A stretch of DNA of 42,023 bases from Octopus bimaculoides (lineage: Eukaryota): assembly GCF_001194135.2 (NCBI RefSeq), contig NC_068997.1, positions 16,759,174 to 16,801,196 on the forward strand, read 5' to 3'. Below the pieces are notes generated by a model. The model searched no databases. It was not told where the DNA came from and saw nothing but the letters and a program-made list of their open reading frames with translations. The position numbers were made by a program, and so were the translations under genes. Of the stretch, positions 35,361-42,023 are shown in pieces. Each line of letters begins with the position of its first letter. The first letter of the stretch is position 1.

Positions 35361-36192
35361 CTCAAAACCAAGTGGTTGCAACGCTAATTTCTTAACTACC
35401 AAACCATGCGAAGCGCATTTTATTTTCTGTACGCAGACAAAGGTTTAAAGAGATACATGAATACTATGAATACTAGAGCTGTCTGTCACACAGTCTTTAT
35501 CGTTGCCATGCTGACTGTTTCCACGTTTTTTCCTCTGCAATGATTCTAGCTGGACTGATGCCTTACATTTGAAATCATCCATGTCGGGAGCGTAACGTAA
35601 GGAAATCTTAGTCTCAATCCAGGTATTAAAGATATGGGTCTCGCACAAGCGCTAAATTGATGCCCCACTGATCACGTGTGGAGGACACACGAACTCATGC
35701 AGTCTTGCGTAAATTTTGTTGAATGGTGGTGAGAAGGATTTTTACCATGAAGTAAATAAATCATTGGTTTGAGAAACGATTATACTTATTTATATGAAGG
35801 CGATTAATTTTAATTCAGATAGTCTTAATTATTGACCCTAAACATCGAAGAAACATATGTGTATTTCAAATGCAACAGTAATTGACCCAGAACGCAAGTG
35901 TTTTAACCACCGATTCTCTACTGCCGTATTCACCGTTAAATAAACAGTATATCAAAATTATTCCAGCAACGGTCTTTATGCCCATCGATCGATTCATACT
36001 TTGGGAGTGGAATAGTATAGCGTAAAGTGAAACAGGATAGAAACTACGCGGTGCAGATTGCACCCATAATTGGAAAGAATAACCGTACCAGTAATTGCAA
36101 AAAAAAAAAAAAAATTAATAAATAAATGACAGACAGCTTTGTAACATAATTTTTGTAGCTGATTCTGCAAACGAGGATTATATTGAGAAATA

Positions 36193-36234
<42 letters not shown>

Positions 36235-36261
36235 AGCGCGTTAATTCAGGGGAACGTAACT

Positions 36262-36425
36262 GCAGGCATGGCTGTGTGGTAAGAAGTTTGTTTCCGACCC
36301 ACAAGGTTTTGAGTTCGGTCTCACTCTGTGGCACCTTGGACAAGTATTTTTTTTTTTACTACAGTCTCGGGCCGACCAGTTCTTTGTGACTGGATTTGTT
36401 AGTCGGAAACTGAAAGCCTGTCATA
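36262..36425 (+). mobile_element. SINE family A, 5' half, decayed
   Basis: gcaggcatggctgtgtggtaagaagtttg...gtggcaccttggacaagt...ctcgggccgacca...gtgactggatttgttagtcggaaactgaaag. Confidence 0.88.
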
Positions 36426-37107
36426 TATACATACATACATCCATATCTGTTAACGGTTATTTCCAATACTTTTCTCGCTGGATTACGTGCTCGTTTCTCT
36501 TTTGGGTCTTCTGCAGTTTTATTCTTGATCTTTTATATATATATGCAGATTTTTCCTCCGTCTGGCTATTTTTCTCGCTACAAAACGGAAAGTTACATTG
36601 TTGAACAGTCACTTTAACGGGTTGTTTTTATTTATTTCTCATTATAGCTACGTATTCCTCACACCCATCTTTCATTCCCTTCCTCGGAGTTATAAAAGTT
36701 ACTTATGTGCATGTGCATGTGTGTGTGTATGTGCATGTAGTGTGTGTATGTGTGTGTGTGTATGCATGTATCTATGTATTTACGAAAGTATGTATGCAGC
36801 GTTGCTTTTATATCCGTGAATGACAGCTGTATTAACGTTACAATCCCACTGACACTCCATATTTCTCGCTTACACAACGCTGTTCTCTCCTTCCCTGATA
36901 TCAGCCACACACACAATGCCACCACATTTCCCTCGCACTCGCACTCTTTGCACCCCTCTCATATTATCAAATGATAGCATAACCCTCTAGAGGGCCCATT
37001 ATAGATTTTTATTGAAATTCAGTTAGCCTATAATTGGACTGGTTGTTAGTTTAACAGGTATGCAAAGTTTCGTCAAGATTGGTTCACTGTTGTAGGCAGC
37101 AAGATGT

Positions 37108-37206
<99 letters not shown>

Positions 37207-37734
37207 CATACACATACATACATACATACATACATACATACATACATACATACGATTCGTGTTCGAATATTGCCATGGCCTGATCGAAAGTCCCGCACAT
37301 GTGAAGGCTACGACTGGCCATTTTTGTGATAGGTCTTTCTTCGTTTTTCAAGTAATGCCTTTGCATGATAAATCTTTTATAGTGGGGAAAGGATTTGCAC
37401 AAATCCAATCCCATTCTCTGAACAGGGACAACATAAACTCATAAGGAAGTAGTCTACATCATTGAATATCGTCAGTTTCTCGGGTTTTTCTCTCAGAGTT
37501 TGCCTGTGCCAGAGAGATGTGACAACAACAAAAGGGCTTCCTATTTCCAGTGGACTTCTTATGTATATATAAATTAATAATAATGTTTTATTTATGTAAT
37601 TTTCACTGTCTTGCCCGCATACGGTTTGGTATTTCGCTGAATTTCTATTGAGAACCATTAGGTCTAGTAGACACAACATGTGATCTTCTTCTATCACATT
37701 AAATGTCCACTTTAGTGGTCATCGTTATATATAA

Positions 37735-37769
<35 letters not shown>

Positions 37770-38542
37770 NNNNNNNNNNNNNNNNNNNNNNNNNNNNNNN
37801 NNNNNNNNNNNNNNNNNNNNNNNNNNNNNNNNNNNNNNNNNNNNNNNNNNNNNNNNNNNNNNNNNNNNNNNNNNNNNNNNNNNNNNNNNNNNNNNNNNNN
37901 NNNNNNNNNNNNNNNNNNNNNNNNNNNNNNNNNNNNNNNNNNNNNNNNNNNNNNNNNNNNNNNNNNNNNNNNNNNNNNNNNNNNNNNNNNNNNNNNNNNN
38001 NNNNNNNNNNNNNNNNNNNNNNNNNNNNNNNNNNNNNNNNNNNNNNNNNNNNNNNNNNNNNNNNATATATATGAAGCGAACAATGCTGATTAGCAGCTAT
38101 AATACCATCGCTAACACTACAACATCACGATCACAAAGCACGGACATTAATTATACAGCAAATAAAGAAAAGAAAAGAAATAAAAAGGCAACAACTGCAG
38201 CAACAAAAACAATATTAAGCTATATCCACCTCCACAACCGACCGCATAAAGAACAAGCTTAACATTGACAAAGACAAACAGCGAGAAAAGTGAGTTAAAT
38301 ATTGCAGTGGAAAAATAAAGGCAACACCCTAACTAAATATTTATAAAGGTATACGTGTGTACGGGTATATATAAGCCCAGATATACATATACACCTATAT
38401 ATATACACCTATATATATACACAAACATATATATAAGTATACACATACAAACGTACTTATATGCATATACATACCTACATATATACATATACACACACAC
38501 ATATATATGCATATATATATGTGTCTATAAATATAAATATAA

Positions 38543-38579
<37 letters not shown>

Positions 38580-38795
38580 TATTTGTGTTTGTGTTTGTGN
38601 NNNNNNNNNTGTGTGTGTGTGTGTGTGTGTTTGTATTTGTGTTTGTGTTTGTGTGTGTGTGTGGTGCGTGTAAACACACAAGCCTGTATATATTATATAC
38701 ATGCTCATATACTCTTATACAAATAATCAAATACATAAGCATACACATATGCATAGATACAGATATTGAAAGCGAGAGAAGGAGAGAGAGAGAAT

Positions 38796-38841
<46 letters not shown>

Positions 38842-39054
38842 GAGAGAGACGGAAGTAAATACGGCGAGAGAAAAACAGAGTAAAGTGTTGAGAGCAAACG
38901 GATATTTATTAATAGACACACAGTTGAGCCGACATACTGAGAGAGAAACAGAGATTAATCGGTTTAGAAATTTGTAAATCTTTCAGACTGATTCGTTTAA
39001 CTGAGATTCTAAGTCCTTCCTCCCTTCCTCCTCCCTCCTGGCCCCTCTATAGGT

Positions 39055-39357
39055 CTATTCATTCTTGATATCAACAGTCTTTATACGGGGATCCCACACA
39101 ACGAAGGACTTTTGCATTCCAACACTTCCTAGACCTTCGACCCAACTCCCAACCGGGTACCTTCACACTCCATCGTCTGGCTGAATTTGTTCTCTCCCTC
39201 AAGTGCTACTCATACGCGGTATTTTTTTTTACCAACAGTACTCCGAAGTGACCAAGGAAACGAGAATAGAACCCCAGCTATACGAACCTGTTCGTTGGCT
39301 ACGTTGAGACCCAAATATTCTCACAATTCACTGGTCCCTCTGCCGAACTATTTAAAA
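39055..39357 (+). mobile_element. Decayed Penelope-like element (PLE) reverse transcriptase fragment
   Basis: Reading across frameshifts gives LFILDINSLYTGIPHNEGL-AFQHFLDLRPNSQPGTFTLHRLAEFVLSLKCYSY..-YQQYSEVTKETRIE-PSYTNLFVGYVETQIFSQFTGPSAELFK. This parallels the PLE RT motifs DVxSLYTxIPHxEG, YxQxxGxAMG and PSYANLFMG. It stops before the YIDD motif. Confidence 0.88.
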
Positions 39358-40608
39358 TCTCTTATCCTTTCTCCCCCCTCTCTGTCTCTTTCTCTTTCTC
39401 TTCACGCTTTCATTAAGGTTCTAATAATTTGTTTTTGCTGTTGTTGTTGTTATTCTTTTCCTCCTTCTCCTCCTGCTTCATTTTCTTCTTCCTTTTTTTT
39501 CTCTCCTCTCTCACTTCCTTCTTTTTCTTGTTCNNNNNNNNNNNNNNNNNNNNNNNNNNNNNNNNNNNNNNNNNNNNNNNNNNNNNNNNNNNNNNNNNNN
39601 NNNNNNNNNNNNNNNNNNNNNNNNNNNNNNNNNNNNNNNNNNNNNNNNNNNNNNNNNNNNNNNNNNNNNNNNNNNNNNNNNNNNNNNNNNNNNNNNNNNN
39701 NNNNNNNNNNNNNNNNNNNNNNNNNNNNNNNNNNNNNNNNNNNNNNNNNNNNNNNNNNNNNNNNNNNNNNNNNNNNNNNNNNNNNNNNNNNNNNNNNNNN
39801 NNNNNNNNNNNNNNNNNNNNNNNNNNNNNNNNNNNNNNNNNNNNNNNNNNNNNNNNNNNNNNNNNNNNNNNNNNNNNNNNNNNNNNNNNNNNNNNNNNNN
39901 NNNNNNNNNNNNNNNNNNNNNNNNNNNNNNNNNNNNNNNNNNNNNNNNNNNNNNNNNNNNNNNNNNNNNNNNNNNNNNNNNNNNNNNNNNNNNNNNNNNN
40001 NNNNNNNNNNNNNNNNNNNNNNNNNNNNNNNNNNNNNNNNNNNNNNNNNNNNNNNNNNNNNNNNNNNNNNNNNNNNNNNNNNNNNNNNNNNNNNNNNNNN
40101 NNNNNNNNNNNNNNNNNNNNNNNNNNNNNNNNNNNNNNNNNNNNNNNNNNNNNNNNNNNNNNNNNNNNNNNNNNNNNNNNNNNNNNNNNNNNNNNNNNNN
40201 NNNNNNNNNNNNNNNNNNNNNNNNNNNNNNNNNNNNNNNNNNNNNNNNNNNNNNNNNNNNNNNNNNNNNNNNNNNNNNNNNNNNNNNNNNNNNNNNNNNN
40301 NNNNNNNNNNNNNNNNNNNNNNNNNNNNNNNNNCTTCATCCCGCCTCCCTCTGACTATCGAAAGGGTGTTATAAACAGTAATTGAGTGTTCTCTAATTTC
40401 CAGGTCACTTATTGGTAAACAGAGCAAAATATTTCACCTGTCTTTACCAAAAGTCCTATTTTCACCATTGCCTTTTATTTAGTCACAGTCTTTTCACCAC
40501 CAACACCGCCAGCACCATCCTATCGAAATGCCCCCCACCCTCCACCGCCACAATCTAGCGCATGCTTCTTGTACCCAGCCGCCCCCCATATTATCACTGC
40601 CACTGCTG

Positions 40609-40646
<38 letters not shown>

Positions 40647-40767
40647 GTCGTCGTCGTCATTATAACCAACACCTCTGCCAAATTTACAATGAAATACAAT
40701 GCGCAACCATTAGCATTATAAGCCAACACCACCAACACCACCGACATCATCACCACTATTAGTGGTA

Positions 40768-40801
<34 letters not shown>

Positions 40802-41361
40802 CCGAGCAGCTCAACAGTAATTGTATTGCAGTTAGTGTATATTTGTTCGATCAAACACGCAAATGAAAAGTACACATTTTGTTTGCATATGTGTACACAC
40901 ACACATATATATATACACGTGCACGCGCACATACATACAAACACACACACACGCTTTTACACAAACATATATATGTGTGTGTGCGTAAGGGCTTATGCGT
41001 ACGTGTTTGTATGTTTTTATACGTATGTGAGCATGTTTGCGCATATATATATATATATATATACTCGAACAGAGAAGGAAACGTAGAGAAAGAAGAGTCA
41101 TCCTTGAGTCAGTCCTAAATAAACATCTTTCTAAGGTCCGAGTTGTTAAGCTAATATAGGTAAGGGACGTATTCTCTATTCAGAAAGAAATAGAAGAGGG
41201 AGCATGCTGGTGATGGTAATCCGTAAGAAACGGCATATACCAAGAGCATAATGATTGATCTCTGTTTTCTGGTCACTATTATTCTTTGAATCATGGTTGC
41301 AGTCCTCCATGACTGCCACGATTCCCACTCTTTGTGTGTGTATGTGTGTATGTGTGTGTCT

Positions 41362-41460
41362 ACAACAGGCTTCGTCTACAAAATTTGTTTAGTTGAGACG
41401 CGGCTATATGTATCGGAAGAGACACGGCTTTCACTGCAACCGGATCAAAAATCGCATGAT
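41362..41460 (-). mobile_element. SINE family A, strongly decayed fragment
   Basis: acaggcttcgtctacaaaat...gcggctat..gt..gaagagacac...cactg..accgga..cgcatg resembles 6610-6730. Confidence 0.55.
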
Positions 41461-41861
41461 TCATAGACATATTGTTAAAAACAATATAGTCATGCACAGA
41501 TTCGAGAGTGTATAATGTGAAATTTATTTATAGTATCTGCACTTGTTTAATTGATCCTCATATGACAATTTACGTAAACGTTTCTTAGCATAAGGCTAGA
41601 TAATTATATCATCAGAAGTTGGTATTCGAAATTAACGAGCAATAAATACGTAAGGAAAAAAATAAAATACTGACATAATGCGTCAAGCAAATGTCACTGC
41701 AACACGTGTAAAAATACTATAAATAATTTCATAAGCACACCTGACCTGATCTACACATGCACCCTCTGTTATCTTTCGCACCAGTGAGATAAACTCGTAA
41801 CAAAATTTTCCCTAAAAATAGCACTAATTCTTTCGCATTCTAAAGGAGCTCTCCATTTTTC

Positions 41862-42023
41862 TCTCTTTTTATTCTCTCGTTGTTTCTTTCTGTGTTCCTT
41901 TCTGTGGAAGAGCGTAGGCTCGAAATGTTAAAGACTTTTTCAATTCCCGAGCGTTATACTAATACATCTGTTTGTTTTCTACACCAACTTTCATCGTGTG
42001 TTGTTTTTTTTGTGAATTCTCCC
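41862..42023 (+). mobile_element. Dispersed repeat with hammerhead-like motif, copy 3
   Basis: gtttctttctgtgttcctttctgtggaagagcgtaggctcgaaatgttaaagacttt...cgagcgttatactaatacatctgtttgttttctacacc...gtgaattctccc. It is colinear with 29240-29393. Confidence 0.8.

Larger units (their letters stand above)
645..40333. other. 16 assembly gaps (N runs, about 6.1 kb in total) between these coordinates
   Basis: The largest are 14804-15761, 13056-13895, 39534-40333 and 30504-31181. The 10-N spacers are at 6431-6440 and 38600-38609. Most gaps abut microsatellites. Confidence 0.98.

Noticed and set aside
35445-35648. Minus-strand 67-aa ORF with RKKRG; also a plus-strand signal-peptide-like frame from acceptor 35437
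   Set aside because: The minus-strand acceptor lacks a pyrimidine tract, the plus frame stops after about 35 codons, and I recognise no homology.
38545-38660. Duplicated (TG)n-tttgtatttgtgtttgtgtttgtg segment around a 10-N gap
   Set aside because: Same overlap-artefact pattern.
394-40427. Long ORFs in the track that contain X runs (e.g. 3675-4826, 12877-14149, 14526-16004, 30451-31266, 39187-40427)
   Set aside because: They stay open only because N gaps and simple repeats contain no stop codons.
1-42023. CRISPR array, rRNA or prokaryotic operon
   Set aside because: There is no repeat-spacer structure, rRNA-like sequence or dense ORF organisation. The window is eukaryotic repetitive DNA.

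Overview
This is eukaryotic draft-assembly DNA. The SINE families and the microsatellite load look like an octopod cephalopod (Octopus-type) genome; that assignment is recognition from memory, not a database match. About 6.1 kb (~15%) is N, in 16 gaps, most of them flanked by simple repeats. The rest is mostly microsatellites and at least three tRNA-derived SINE families, labelled A, B and C here. There are also decayed fragments of three retroelement classes (an RTE-type LINE, an R4/Dong-type RLE element and a Penelope-like RT) and several non-autonomous inverted-repeat DNA elements. I cannot identify any protein-coding gene with confidence. Nearly all long ORFs in the supplied track come from N gaps or low-complexity repeats, and only weak candidate exons remain (best: 14569-14640, +). 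I see no rRNA, true tRNA or CRISPR array and no novel multi-gene system. The most interesting signal is a ~150-bp dispersed repeat present three times (29240, 32790, 41862). It contains a minimal hammerhead-ribozyme-like fold with a non-canonical core (A6 to U, an extra A after A9, palindromic ACGU helix III), reminiscent of Penelope-like element ribozymes. Its activity is untested. Well-supported structural observations include a SINE nested in an RTE ORF with a 13-bp TSD, a SINE-in-SINE chimera, an 80-bp near-perfect hairpin flanked by TTAA, and a mariner deletion derivative with filler DNA.
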